Made by a program: the position numbers and the translations under genes. This document shows, in pieces, positions 1 through 12,826 of a stretch of 64,000 nt of DNA. The notes under the pieces were generated by a model that worked only from the letters and a program-made list of their open reading frames with translations, made no database searches and was not told the origin of the DNA. The stretch is from Psammoneis japonica (Eukaryota): contig QPGO01000091.1 of assembly GCA_008632985.1 (NCBI GenBank), positions 124,001 to 188,000 of the forward strand, given 5' to 3'. Each line of letters starts with the position of its first letter. Positions within the stretch are counted from its first letter, which is position 1.

Positions 1-1330
1 ACAGCAGAGACGACCAAAGCCTTTGATCCCACAATTGATTGAAAAATCTACACGATGGCGAGAGTTTGTCGTTCTGTACGGCGTCGCAGTCCAATTTCTT
101 TACGTCTGTAGCTTTCGGATTCATCCAGACCGTTAAAATCGGCACTGCCCGTAACATTGTCAACATAACCATGACTAGTGGGAGTGCAGCCGCACTGAGC
201 ATTTTGCGATCCACACCCAAAGCAAAACTGGCCTTCGCAGCGACACTTCAGTTTGAGGCCAACGGACCAAAGTTGCACTCCGTTTCTGCATCTTCGACAT
301 TGTTTTATGTTGAGCTGAGCCAATGACTCCTCATCTCTGCAGTTTTGAACTGGAAGGAGGATGTTTCTCCCTCCCAGCTTTTCTGCTCCCTCTGCTAGAT
401 TGAACCAAACCTTGCCCTTTGCTGGCCTTGTTGTGCATGCTTGTCAATCCTCACACATTCTGTTCTCATGGTGTGGGCTGCAGCCACATTTGAGACATGC
501 AACTCATTGATGCTGCTTGAAGCAATCCAATGTTGGGGGTCCATTGTTCCAAAATGTGATGTTGTTGTAATCTGGAGTGGGGCAGTGATGACAATCAGGA
601 TGTTGCATTGCAAACAACAACTGGGAGCCCTTTTTTACCTTGACATGATCAGCTTTTTCAAGTGGTCTGCCTCACTTGTGATGATCTGCACATGACAAGT
701 GGTCAACAGGCAGCAAATCAAGTCAGCCTTGTCACTTGCCTTCACCAATTTCATGCTTGAATGCAGCATTGGAAGCATGCAATGCTGAACAAATGCTGAT
801 GTGCTGTCCCAAAAATGGGCAGTTGTGTGTTCATCATTGGCAAATTGCCCACTGTCACCAAGTCAGTGAACTCAGCAGTGCAACTCTCACAATTCTGGAA
901 CCTGTTGATGCCACTCAACACTCTGTCTTGTCTGTGCACCAATTCTTGGCTGTCATGGCAGCATCCACTCACACTTTGTCAGAGCCAAGAATGCACTGTA
1001 ATGTTCACACACCTGGAGTGGGCATTGCAAACAGTGCTGCAGCATTGTCTCAATCAATCAACTTCTTTTCAGCAAGTGCCATGTTGGTCCCATGGTTGCT
1101 TGCACAATCGCTGTGTCCTTTGTGCACATTTTCACATTCATGGACATGAACAAATGCTCTGGGAGGAGAGAGCTGTGTGATCCATTGCACGTGCCGTTGG
1201 AAAATGAAATGTTTGATCATGTGAATGGAACATGCAGGCTAACACATGTGAACATTTGTAAAAACTTTACATTTCATTGGCATCTGCTAGAGAGCTCCTT
1301 TGCACTTGTGTTTTGCCCACCTCTTTTTTC
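1..1330 (-). pseudogene. Decayed RBR (RING-IBR-RING) E3 ubiquitin ligase gene, copy 1; 3' end near or beyond the window edge
   Basis: Minus-strand fragments give a RING2-like CRRCRNG..LKCRCEGQFCFGCG (48-323) plus IBR-like and RING1-like Cys/His patterns upstream, broken by frameshifts. Nucleotide homology to 3680-4330 (e.g. 243-352 vs 3686-3793). Confidence 0.75.
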
Positions 1331-1870
1331 GTCATCTGGCTTTTGAAGATGCGCGCGGGTCTGATTCTTGAGCCCTGATTTTATTTTCTGTCTGTGATTC
1401 TTGGTTTCCAGTTTGGTCATGACAGATTGTCAAACAGCCAGAGCTGCTTTGTGCAGTCTTTGTGCAGCCACATTGTGCATGGGTCGCTGTTGAACACCCG
1501 GCTCATGCAGCCCAGCAGATCTTTCTGAGACTTGCTTCTCTCCGCTCTTTCTTGCTGGCTTGCATGCACATCATTGCTCTGTCACCAGTTTGCAAGAACT
1601 GGGTCCTTTGTGCTTGTCAATGCTGCTGTTGTTGCTGCAGCATGCTCATGACTGCAAGCAGCTCTTGTGTGCCTCATTGTCAAAGTGCTTTTTTAGCTGG
1701 AGCAGAGTGGAATTTTTTTCAGCCTCTTTCCTCTGGGCAGCCAAAACACTTCCAAGCACCCAATCCCAGTGCAGGGGAATTGAATTGCCATTGTTCAGCA
1801 CAAAAGAACCGGCAAGGACAATCATGAGAACATCCAAAGCGAATGTCTCAGTCACAAATTGTTGATGTCT
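330..1870. other. CpG- and TpA-depleted hypermutated tract A
   Basis: CG and TA dinucleotides are rare and CA/TG abundant, against normal composition at 1-300 and after about 1880. Boundaries approximate. Confidence 0.85.
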
Positions 1871-2091
1871 GCGTTCATCGTGTCCTTCGGTTTGCCCTTC
1901 TGAACGGACGTGCGCGCAAAATTTCAAAATTTCGAATTGAATTAGCAATATTGTGTACGTATATATAATATTCAATCGTGCGATGTCGCAAAAATGTGAC
2001 CCAACCGACGATGGGGGCAAAAATTGCAAAATAACTTCGTCACAAGCTTGTTTGTTCTCAGTTCTGTTCTACTAGTCTACTTTTCGCAACC

Positions 2092-3506
2092 ATGATGGAA
2101 GATGTCAATTCTTCGGATTCGGTGGTGAATCGGTCTCTCTGCACCCGTCGCAACGCACTCGTCGCCGGAGTTATTGTAGTGACTTTATGCGTAATCATCA
2201 TTCCCATTGCAGTCTTGGTTCCGGGTGGTTCTTCGAATGGCAACAAAGCCTTGCCACCCACCGATAATAGCGTTCTCAAGGTGGAGCTCATCAATTCGTA
2301 CGATCGTTCGGATTTTCACTTGCTCGATAAGAACCAACTTGATGTCAAGGGTTCTCCACAGAACAGGGCCTTTGAATGGCTTCGCCGGTTTCCCAAATAC
2401 AATTCGTTGACGCACGCAAAAAAGTTGCAAAAGTTTGCTTTGGCTACCTTTTATTACTCGACGAATGGCATTAAAACGGCCTACAGCAAGGACGGACCGG
2501 CCTGGAAAAATTCTCGTGATTGGCTCTCTTATGATGTAGGAGAATGCGATTGGCACGGATTGTCGTGCAATGACGAGGATGAAATCACCGAGATTTCTCT
2601 CAACGACAATGACTTGACGGGACGATTTCCACCCGAAATGATCTGGTTGACGGAGTTGGAGTACATCGATGTCACCACCAATAAGTTGTATTTGGAGGGA
2701 CCCGATGCACTAGATGTGCTGGGTGTTTTTAAAAAATTGCATACCCTTCAAGCCGATGACAATTTCATTGTTACCGATGGTGGTTTGCCCGAGAGTTTGG
2801 GTAATTTGATCGAGCTCAAAAAGTTAGTTTTATCTTACAATCTATTGTCGGGACCGCTCAACAATGGGGTTTTGGAAAATTTGAGCAAACTGACGCATTT
2901 GGAAGTCGAATCAAACTTCTTGACGGGAGAGTTTCCGGCAGTGGTGGGAGAGTGGCAGGATTTGAGTGAGTAATCTTCTTGAAATTCTCCTGTTGTTTGG
3001 ATGCCACACAAAAGAGCTAACACATTTCAACTGTTGTACTCCCTCCCTCCCTCCCCTTAGTTTATCTCTACATGAGACGAAACGCCCTCACGATGGATTT
3101 GAATTGGTTAAAATCGGGCAAGATGAAGAACCTCTTTGCGCTTTGGTTGGATTCCAACAACATTCAAGGAGAAATTCCCTCTGAAATCGGACAATTGACA
3201 GAATTGGCGTCACTTTCGCTTACCGATGCGGGTTTGGGTGGAACTTTGCCATCCGAGGTTGGAAATTTGACGGGTTTGCGTCGTTTTTGGATTTACTCCA
3301 ATGGAATTGGTGGGACCATCCCCAAGGAAATTGGAAATTTGAAGCGATTGGAGAATTTTGAAACCCACGACAATTCCTTTCAGGGAGAAATGCCGGAAGC
3401 GATTTGTCAAGTTGTCAAGAGTATTGATTATGATAAAAAGTCACTCACGGTGGATTGCAAAGAGGTGACATGTTCCACGGACACGTGTTGTACCGAGTGT
3501 TGGTAA
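2092..3506 (+). CDS. Membrane-anchored leucine-rich-repeat (L domain-like) protein; exons 2092-2965 and 3061-3506
   Basis: N-terminal TM helix (ALVAGVIVVTLCVIIIPIAVLV), FALATFYYST..W...WLS..ECDWHGLSC cap, plant-type LRRs (LxLxxNxLxGxIPxEIGxL). GTGAGT...TAG intron 2966-3060 joins the two ORFs in frame. Confidence 0.93.
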
Positions 3507-3679
3507 ACTGCCATAGTAGTGCGTAGTGTTGTTTTAAGGATGTGTAATGGTTGTAAAGGATCTTGTTTTCGGAAACTGATGATGAAGAAAGCACGTAGTT
3601 CTGCCTCCATTCTTTCGTTCCTTTTCTCGACGCAGTTACAACGCCCTACCTGCAGCCGATCGCTGGGCAGGGCGCCTCC

Positions 3680-4760
3680 GCAACGACACTTCAGTTTGAC
3701 GCAACCCGACTGAAGTTGCACTCCATTTCCGCATCTTCGACATTGCTTTATATTGGAGCTGAAAGCCAGTGACTCTTCTGTGGTTTTGAACTGGAACAAC
3801 AATGTTTCTCCCACCCCTGGCTTCAATCTACTCCCTCTGCTAGATTGAGGCAAACCTTTTGCTTTGCTGACTTTGTTGTGCAGGTTTGCCATTCCTCACA
3901 TGTTCCATTCTCGTGGTGGGGACTGCAGCCACATTTGAGACATGCAACTTGTTGACACTTGAAGCAATCTAACATTGGGGTCAATCCTTCCAAAACACAA
4001 TGTTGTTGCAATCCAGAGTGGGGCAGTGATGATGTTCTGGATGTTGCAGTGCAAAAGACAACTGGGAGCAGTTTTCCAGCTTGACCTGATCGATCTTTTC
4101 TGGCACCTCATTGAGAAAACTTGTGTCAATCTGCACATGACAAGTGGTCAATGGGCAGCAAATTGTGTCAGCCTTGTCTTTGCCAACCTGTGCTTGAACA
4201 AAGGGTTGGAAGCAAGAAATGCAGTGCAAGTGCCCACAGGCTGGAAGAGTCAATGCACAACCAGAGTTGGCTTTGCCATGACAAATTGGGCAGTCAATGG
4301 GGTTGTCATTGAACAGTGTCTTGCGTGTCTTGCTGATGCCCATCTGACCTTGTGGGTCATGGCAGAGGCCTGCACAGAAGGTGAACACATCATCATCATC
4401 TGAGAACTTGCACTCACATTCATCTGCCATTTCATCCTTTTCTTTGTTGATCCACTTGTCTTCCTCTAGATCAGCAACACAACCATTGTGACTGACGCAG
4501 GCACTGTCACAGAGAATGAAGTCATCAAACAACATGACAGGACAAATGAAGTGCAACCTGGGTGGACATTTGTTCAGAAGTTGAGTGACTCAAGATCATC
4601 ATCCTTGGGCTTGCTTCCACAATCAGTTCAGAGAATTGAAAATGTGCACATTGGTTTTGGGATGTTGTCTCTTCTTGCACAATTGCTGACACAACTGGAT
4701 GACCTTGGGATCAAAAAAAGACCATTTTCACATGATGGAAAAGGAAAAATGAAGGGAACT
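3680..4760 (-). pseudogene. Decayed RBR E3 ubiquitin ligase gene, copy 2 (3'-truncated)
   Basis: RING1 DCPICH...CGHLHCISC...CPLTTC, IBR HCPTLDC...DCFKCQQVACLKC..PHH..TCEEW, RING2 start KQCRRCGNG..GCVKLKCRC, spread over several frames. 5' limit uncertain. Confidence 0.85.
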
Positions 4761-4914
4761 CAGGTCCAATGTGGACAGTGGAGTCAGCATTTTTTTTGCC
4801 CATCTGATTGCAGCAGAGCAGGAAGAAGAGCTGAGCTCATGGTTGCTCTTCTCAGCACATCTGTCCCAAGAAAGAAAATCCTCACACACAAACTGTGGGA
4901 AGACAGTGCTTCTT

Positions 4915-6320
4915 CATTGCACAACTCTTCCTCAACAGGGCACAGCTTGTCAGCAGATTTTGTTTCCCTGGTGTGTTGTGGGGGGACCAAAGTTGAGCTT
5001 GTTCCATCTCCTCTAAAACAAGTGCATGAGAAAAGTGAAGACCACCATTGTCATCATCCACAACACTTCTTGTCATGCCATCATCTGAAGGGGATGCAGA
5101 GTGAGATGATGCCAAAAGCACAGGTCAAACTCCTCCTCCAGTGGAAGCTGTTCCAAAAAGCCAATGCCATTTTGCCTCATTTCTTGCAATGTCAAGAATC
5201 ACTGTCACCATCAAAACAACATGATGCTCATCATGCTTGCCAAGGGGTTTAGGAGGAGCAGACAGAGCAGAGATTGAGTTGTCACATTGAGCAGACATGC
5301 TGGGGGTGTGAATCCATTGGGGAGTGAATCAACAAAGCAGCAGTTGAGAGATCCTGAGATGTCCAAAGAGCATGGTGCAACTGTGTTGCTTGAAGAGCTG
5401 ATGGGAGAGAGAGGTGTGTTGTTGAGGCCAAAAACTGAAAGAAAGACAAGCACTGGGACACACCTTTGAAAACATTGGCAGAGAGCCCACTGACTTTTGT
5501 TGTCACAGACATGATGCAACCACAACACAGTGGACTGTGACAAGGGTGTGCCATTGTCTTGTGCAAACAATGCACTGGTGGCCCAAGAAAGAAAAACCTT
5601 GCACAAGCCAAGGGGAAGATGATGCTTCTTCATCATGATGACCAACTCTTCCTTGCAACAGGGCACAGCTTGTCACACAGTGGATTTTGTTTTCCTGATG
5701 TGCAGGGGCTCAAAGGTTGAGCCTTTTCCATCTCCTTTGAGCCAAGTGCATCATCAAAGAAAAAGCTGAGACCACCATTGTTGTCATCAACTGTGCTTCT
5801 CTGCTGCTGTCATCCAAAGGAGGGGGGTGATGAGTGAGATGATGCTGAAAGCAAGCAGGTCAAACTCCTCTCCTCCAGTGGAAGCACTTTGTGGACAAAG
5901 CCGTCGCCAGGTGTCTGCTGTCCCACAGAGCCTCTTGCAAATGTTGAGAATCCCTGTTGCCATCAAAACACCAACCACCCCATTCATTCATCATGTGCAA
6001 CATGATGCCCATGCTTGCCAAGGGATTCAGGAGGGGCAGAAAAAAAAGAGGGGGGCACTGAGATTGAACCACACCGTTGTAAATGGACACACGTGCATGA
6101 CTCCATTGGGGAATGAATCAACAGAGTGGTTGAGAGATCCTGATGGACTCAAACAGCACAGTGCATCAGCACTGCTCAAAGAGCTGATGGGAGAGGTGGG
6201 TGCATTGCTGAGACAAAAAACTGGAACAAAGACAAACACTGGGACACATGTGAGCGGAGGGCACATTGACCACTGTTGTCAGACATGCAACCACAATGCA
6301 GTGGATTGTGATCTGTTGTC
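4915..6320. repeat. Diverged tandem duplication (about 4915-5545 and 5640-6320)
   Basis: Colinear shared blocks such as caactcttcc..caacagggcacagcttgtca, gaccaccattgt, catgatgc.catgcttgccaaggg, tccattgggg..tgaatcaaca, gagctgatgggagag and cactgggacaca. Confidence 0.85.
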
Positions 6321-7192
6321 ATTGACAACAGCTTCTCAGACATGCCAACTTTGTGACCAAAAGGAGCCATTGTTTGAACATTCCTTTGGAAGGAGTTGAC
6401 ACAGCAAAAAACCAAGTTGGTTGCCAAACAATTGTGGCGGCTGTGGCAAACCTGGCCCCACACATTAAAAAGTTGCTGCAGTTGTTCATGGACATTCTCA
6501 ACAAACACATGGTGATGTGCCACACACAAATGGCATCATGATGTCTCCATCTCAGGGCTGCCACACATGCTTTTTCCTGACTGTCCTGGAAGTGCCTTTC
6601 TCTTGAGCAGCAGGACATCCATCCATCAAATCATTGTTCCCAGGCACTCTTGTCTCAACATTGTGCAACTGTTGATGGGTGGTTGGACCTGTGACTGAGC
6701 ATCCTCATCCCAGCTCAGCCATCACAAGAGCAAGAAAAGAGCCCCCACATGAGCAAAACAAGAGCCCCTCTGGGATGCCATTGGGGAGACTGATGAGATG
6801 GGCAGACTGTGCAACAATCAAGCATCAAAAGATGTGTGAGCTGGAGCAAGTGCATGATCTCCATCCTGTGTCAACACATGTCACAGCCACAGCAGCACCA
6901 AGCAAGCACAGGGCACTGGCAACAAGGAAAGCCACAACTTGTTCCTTTTTGGCATCATTTTTAAGAAAAATGGAAAAATCATAATTTTTGTGATGTCACA
7001 TGCCAGCGTCTGTGCAGAATGTGTGTGCAACTTTGCTGCATGCAACAGTGTGTGATGGCCATGCAGAGCCACATCAACCAGCTCACATTGTTCCCACCAC
7101 ACTTGCCCCCCCCCCCTCTTCTCCAATCAAATTTGCAAGTGTGAAGATGGCTCAGCACCGGAGGCTCCAAGGACTTCAGCTCTGCCGCTGGC

Positions 7193-7193
<1 letters not shown>

Positions 7194-7229
<36 letters not shown>
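7194..7229. repeat. (AC)18 microsatellite
   Basis: Perfect AC run read directly from the sequence. Confidence 0.97.
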
Positions 7230-7230
<1 letters not shown>

Positions 7231-7444
7231 AGCATTTTACCCATTTTTGCAGTTGACAGCATGTCAGACAGAGGCTCCAACCACCCTCCATGTTGGCTCT
7301 GTGCTGACAAGCACCAACCTTTTTTTTTAAGACATGAATGGCAGAGAGATGACAGGAAGACCCAGTGCCACAATTCTGGGGTCATCACAGATCTCTCACC
7401 CCATCCATCTGTCTGGTTTTTGCCATGTGGGGGCTGGTGCTGAA

Positions 7445-8850
7445 CATGCAAAAGATGTCATGCATGCATCACGTGCACTGGGATCACACAAAAAATTGTG
7501 TGTGTTGATGTTGTTTCTTGTTTGGGCACCAGCGCGCCCAAGTCTGAATTTTGCAATTTTCAGTGGGCTGTCCAAGCAAGCAACAACAAGCTGGAAACAA
7601 TGGCAAGAAGAAGAAGAAGAAAGAACAACAACAAGGTTCACCACAATGCCTCTTTGGGAACCAGCTGCTGGTGCAAAGTGCAAAAACAGCTTGAAGACTG
7701 CCAAGTGAGAGAGCTGGGAAATCCAACGCTTGGGACTTCTTGCAAAAAAAGTTTTGCATGTGCTCAATTTGATCATCAGCAGCAGCACCAGCAGCAGCAA
7801 GACAGTGAGTTGAGTTGTTGTTTTGTTCTTTTTAAGTTTGTTGTGCTGGCTGGGCACAACTCAAGCTTCTTTCTTGTTCTTGAACTCCATTGTTCAACTG
7901 TGTGCACATGGCTTCAACTGTCAAGGCTTGCTCTGTTTGTGAGTGTGCAGAAGATGTCATGCACACACCTCGTGCACTGGGGTCATGCAGAAATTGTTTG
8001 CACGTGTCGCTGTTGTCAGTTTCTTGTTTGGGCACCACCAGCACACCCACCCAAGCATGGCTCCTGACTCTTTTGCACTTTCCAGTGGACTGTCCAAGCA
8101 AGCATCAAGCCAGAAATGTGCAAAAATGGCTTGAAGACTGCCAAACAAGAGCTGGGAAATTTAAAACTTTTCTCACTTGCATCACAAATGTGTCAAACAA
8201 CACATTTTTAGATGTGGGCACAATTGCAAACATTTTGCACGATTTTGTTTTGGAACGTGCATTCTCGGAAAGCTCTGGAGAACCATTTTTGCAATTTAGA
8301 AAGTTCAATGTTGACTTTTAACACCGGCTTTTTTACATGCTGCCCATCCATTCACAGAGAGGAGCCAAATCTTGACCTTTGACAAACAAAATTTGTGATG
8401 AGTTGCTGTCACAAGGGAGATGCAAATGCCACACCCTTTGAGCAAATCTCCACACCGGTGGAAATTTGCTTGCAACAAGCAAATGCATGTGGCATGTTTT
8501 AAATGGATTGCATGTGATGTGGCATTTTCATGCTGTGTTCATCATGTCATTGTGCAAATTGCTGACACATCGCAATTCCTCAAGCAGTCCAGAGCAAATC
8601 TCCACCCATGGAGATTTCTTGCTCCGTGGTGGTTGAAGGGTTGGCAAGACTTTTTGCAACAAGCAAAGTTTTGCATGTGCTCAATTTGATCATTGTCATC
8701 TGCAGTGAGTGGAGATGTTGTTGTGCTTGTTTTTGAGTGCACTGTGCTGGTCAAACAGCAACTCAAGGTTTGTTCTCATTCTTGAACTCTGTTGTTCAAT
8801 TTTGCGTGTGGTTTCAACTGTCAAAGCTCACCCTGTTTGCACTTGCTCAT
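7445..8850. repeat. Non-coding internal repeats (about 7445-7580 vs 7945-8105; 7740-7935 vs 8650-8840), probably a decayed non-autonomous element
   Basis: Shared blocks agatgtcatgca..cgtgcactggg.tca, tttcttgtttgggcacca, ctgtccaagcaagca, gttttgcatgtgctcaatttgatcat and ttcaactgtcaa. Confidence 0.7.
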
Positions 8851-10620
8851 TCTTTTCAAAGAGGCAACAGTTGCCCACATGCTGAGAACAATGACAGCTG
8901 CAGCCATGATTTTTGTTGGGGGAAGTTTTGTGAAAGATTGCACACTCATTGTCAAGATCAAACATGTGATGAGGGGCACAAGCACAACCTTTCTGAAGCC
9001 ATCCAGGATCCCATTGAAAGTGCCTGTGACAAAATTGACAATGAAGGTGATGACTGTGTTTTCCAACAAATCATTTTTTCCAATGAAGATTCGCTCTTTT
9101 CACCTGCTCTTTTCACCTGCAAAACTGTCAAGGAGAGAGCAGCAGGTGCTGTTGACAAGCCACAAGGGGCACGGGGAGACAACTTTGCAGCCTGGCATTC
9201 AATTTGTGACAATGCAAAATTCTGAGTTCATCAGGCAACAAGGCAGACAAACAAGTGCACACACACACACACCATCCAGTTGAGTGCTCTGCAACAATGA
9301 TGTGGTCTGTGTGGTGGTTGGCTTCTGGTGACACCTTTGCCAAAGCAGAGCCAAAACTGGAAAAACTCATGAATGAACATGATTTCTGCAAATGCACTCT
9401 TGTGTCTGTTGGCGCTGCTTTGATGTTGAAACATCTTGGCACTGTCAAAGCTTGACTGTGAAGTGAATGTTTTTGCTGCAAGATTGAAAGCACAGGTTCC
9501 CAAAGTGGATAAAAAATTGCACTTTTTGTGTGGCAGACCCAGAGCAATGGGTGAAAGCATTTGCCATTTTGCTGCTCTGCTCGGACACATCACAAAATTG
9601 CCAAATGACAAGAACAAAGGCAATGGCAAAAGAGTTGCTGATTGCTTGCCAGCACTCAAGCTAGAAGAGGGTGGCAGCTGTGGCAATGCAGTGACAAGTG
9701 ACTGCAGCAAACCACACAGCAAAAATGTTTGTCAGAGTGGTGATCAAGAAAGTGCCACGGTGACCCAACCACTTCTCTTTTGGCAGAGTCCTCCTCCTGC
9801 AATGTCAAAATGAAAATGTGCTTGATGACTTCTCCAATGATGACATGGTGCAACACAAGTTGCCGTTTTGCTTTTGAGGATGAGAGCTGTCTGGATCATC
9901 CTTTCAGGTGGACTCAAGTCTTTCTCAAAGTGCAATGCTCAGGAGACCCAAAGACATCCCTTTCAAAAATTCAGTCCAAGATTGACTTGCTCAAACAAGC
10001 CCATGTTCATGGTGTTTGCATTCTGAAAGCATTTGACAGAGTTGGCAGGGATGACATTGTTGTCAGGGGATGGAGCTGTTTGGCAAGTGGGGTGGAAGAT
10101 GTGGGATTTCTTGATGCCAATGACATTGTGGAGTGCACATTGGCCCTGATCCGAGTTGCAAAACACCCAAATGAGAAGGCAAGGATGCTGCATTGTGACT
10201 TGACTTGGAACATCATTTGGGACTTGAAAACGAAAAATGTCACTCTGTTGACTTTGGAAGTGCTCAGAAAATCAGTGACAGCATTGTTCATAAGCTGGGA
10301 ATGGTGGGATTTGTGGCTTCTGAACTGAACGAAAAAGCCTCGATCAACTCTTGTACGACAGATGCTTGCTCGGTTGGCAGTGCATTGCGAAACTTTTGTT
10401 GACACAAGTCAAACGTTGTGGCTGTGGTGGAAGGCCTCCTCACGAGCCCACTGGATCGACTCTCTCTTGATGACGCAGAGCAGATGTTTCTATGCGGGGA
10501 ATCTCCTAACTCATCAAAAAGTGATGTCTCCAAGTGGCTCCACCCATTTTTGCAGAGGAATCTCAATGTTATTTCTTCCATTCCAAAAGTGTGGGCATGT
10601 TTTGTGGCTTTGAATAAAAC
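8850..10620 (+). pseudogene. Decayed gene with C-terminal protein kinase domain
   Basis: Across frameshifts: VFLKV..KIDLLKQAH, EDVG, LHCDL..NII (catalytic loop), VDFGSAQ, GFVASE (APE-like), TDA(C/Y)SVG and P.DRLSL. 5' limit uncertain. Confidence 0.7.
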
Positions 10621-10778
10621 GCTTTTTACTCTAGCTAGCAATTGTGTACAGCTGGGTCATGCTGTCCACAAATGCTTTTGGTTGTTGAGGTGAAGCGTGC
10701 CAACCATGTGCCGAGTAATGAATAACCATCAAAACAAGAAAAAAAACTACTTTCAATGGGATTTACTCGATTTTTGCA

Positions 10779-11898
10779 TCAGCATAGTCGGTCTTTTAGG
10801 TACATCGTTAGCTCTGGGAAAACAAATAGTGCCGAAGTAAAACAGGAAGGTTTTTCGTGAGGCTGATAATGCCATGGAGCAGTTTAATAAGCATGAGTGC
10901 TCACTTACCAATGCCATCTTCAAAGGCCTCGGCCTTTAAATTGGAAGATAGGTCGGGCTCACTGTATTCTAGTTGTGATTTGATCAAGGTACTCTGGACA
11001 ACGCCTTGCTTTTCCAACTCTTTATGTACTCTAGATAGTCAAAGATCCTTGCAAACAATACATTGTCGGCTGCTACATGCGTTCCTTGACGAACCAGCTT
11101 GGCTCGTTCCAGTTGCTGTAAATCGCTCAAGTACAAGTCCTTGTCGTGATCCAGAAACAAAAAGTCAATGCCAGCCGTGAAACCAGTCCCAACATGCTTT
11201 TTGACTGCCTCTTGTAGCGTATGAATCAAACCCCTCTTCTCCTCTAGTAAGATCACCGTAATGTATTTCTCTAAATTTGCCAATTGAAACATTCTGGATG
11301 CAATATTGTTGTCGTCAATCTCAACCGTGTAAAGATGAAATGAATGCTCGATATCTTTGCACGAGAGATTAGCCAGGACTTTTAGAGCTTGACGAACCAG
11401 AAGGATTGAAGCATAGCCACAATACGTTCCGATTTCTACACAAATAAAGGGTCTTGAACTGTTTGCACTAACAGACTGGAGAGACTTGGTCAGAAATTGA
11501 ATTAAAATTTCACCCTTTTTGGGACCGACATGCATCATCCAGTGACGTTGGAGGCAAAACTCATTAATGGCGTCAAGGACCGTGTCGGCGGCATCCTGTA
11601 GATGATTCTTGTTGTCACCAAGCGAATTCTCCACGTGAGCGAGTAACGATTTCTCTGTATTGGGGTGAAACACCAAAACTCCACAAGTCGGGTCGCGTTG
11701 ATGAATCATCCGCGTCGTGCTTGATGTTGTTGCCTCGTGATGCTGCTGCGGACGAGGAGTGCTTTTGGAGTCAGGGACTCTGTCGCTCATCTCAGACGTT
11801 TTCTGCACCGGTAACGAGTCATCATGATGCTCAGCATCACTGTTGTCATCAGAATCATCAAAACACGAAAAGGGGTCGTCCTCTTCTATCGCCGCCAT
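10779..11898 (-). CDS. Catechol O-methyltransferase-like SAM-dependent methyltransferase; apparent 1-nt frameshift near 11020 and a 3' intron (about 10814-10908)
   Basis: WMMHVGPKKG, VEIGTYCGYAS, FLFLDHDKDLYLSDL, VAADNV. An alternative frame continues ELEKQGVVQSTL..LEY..EDGI, then GTAAGT..CAG and ELTMY. Confidence 0.88.
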
Positions 11899-12173
11899 GC
11901 TTCATCAATGTGCTGAACGCAGTGAGAAACAAAGCAAATGCGGGTGATAGTGCGAGTTGCGCGCAATTTGTGAGCTGAGAATCTGACAATCTGATGACCT
12001 CAAGGGAAATCAGAAATCAGAGATTTGAGAGGCGAAGCTAAGTGGCGGTGCGAGACAACGTCAAAGAACGGATACTACTGCAGAGTTAGTTTGTATTACA
12101 CATTTTAGTGTAAGCATGAAAACAGTGCTTTCTATTACATTACATAACGAATACAAAGTGTGTGTTTGTTTCT

Positions 12174-12826
12174 TTACTCGTTTGTCTCGGTGCAAGCTTG
12201 ATTGCCCTTGCCAACTTGGAGTTGGGTGCCTTGATAACTCTCGCAACCTGGGTCGGCACAGCCTTGATGGATCCGGCAATCTGGGCAATAATTTCCAGCT
12301 TGGAAGGCAGCTTACTAATCGCCTCTACACCCTTGGCATCGTACACAACACCCTCCATGACACCACCTTCAATGGGATGTGACTCTTTCTTGTCGATATC
12401 CTTGACAACACCCTTATAGGCTTTGATGGTTGCCGAAATATCTTCTTCAATAAAAAACCACGTACTCGGTCCCTTCACCAGCGACGCCGCCTCGGCATAC
12501 TCGGTTCCCTCGAGAGCACGATTCATGAGAGTATTCTTGACAGTCATCATGGTGGAGCTTTCCGGAATGGCACGACGAATCAACTCCGTCTCGGCCACCG
12601 TCATGGACCCACCGGGAATGGTAAAAATCATTTCAGACGAATCGAGCAATTCCTTGACCCGTTGTACGGTTTTCTTTTTGCCCTCCAGTGTCGTGGCGAC
12701 TCCCGCTGCGCCACCCATGTACAGAGAAGACGATCTTGATGCTGTTTTTGGCACAAGAGGTGTGCCAGTAAAGGCAGCGGCAGAGCCGACCGCCGCCGTT
12801 AGGGTAACCAGCGAAGAGGTCTTCAT
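12174..12826 (-). CDS. rpl10: Plastid-targeted 50S ribosomal protein L10 (bacterial-type uL10); probable 1-nt indel near the C-terminus
   Basis: Signal peptide ending SAAA-F plus transit peptide. VKNTLMNRA, GGVMEG..YD, SKLPSK.E.IAQIAG.IKAVPT.VAR are typical of uL10. Confidence 0.92.

Larger units (their letters stand above)
3780..10300. other. CpG- and TpA-depleted hypermutated tract B
   Basis: By my reading 4500-5010 contains no CG and no TA at all; only about 20 TA seen in about 6.5 kb. Confidence 0.92.

Noticed and set aside
7194..7229. (AC)n as a converted (TA)n tract
   Set aside because: Strand-symmetric conversion would give mixed CA and TG, not a pure run; ordinary slippage suffices.
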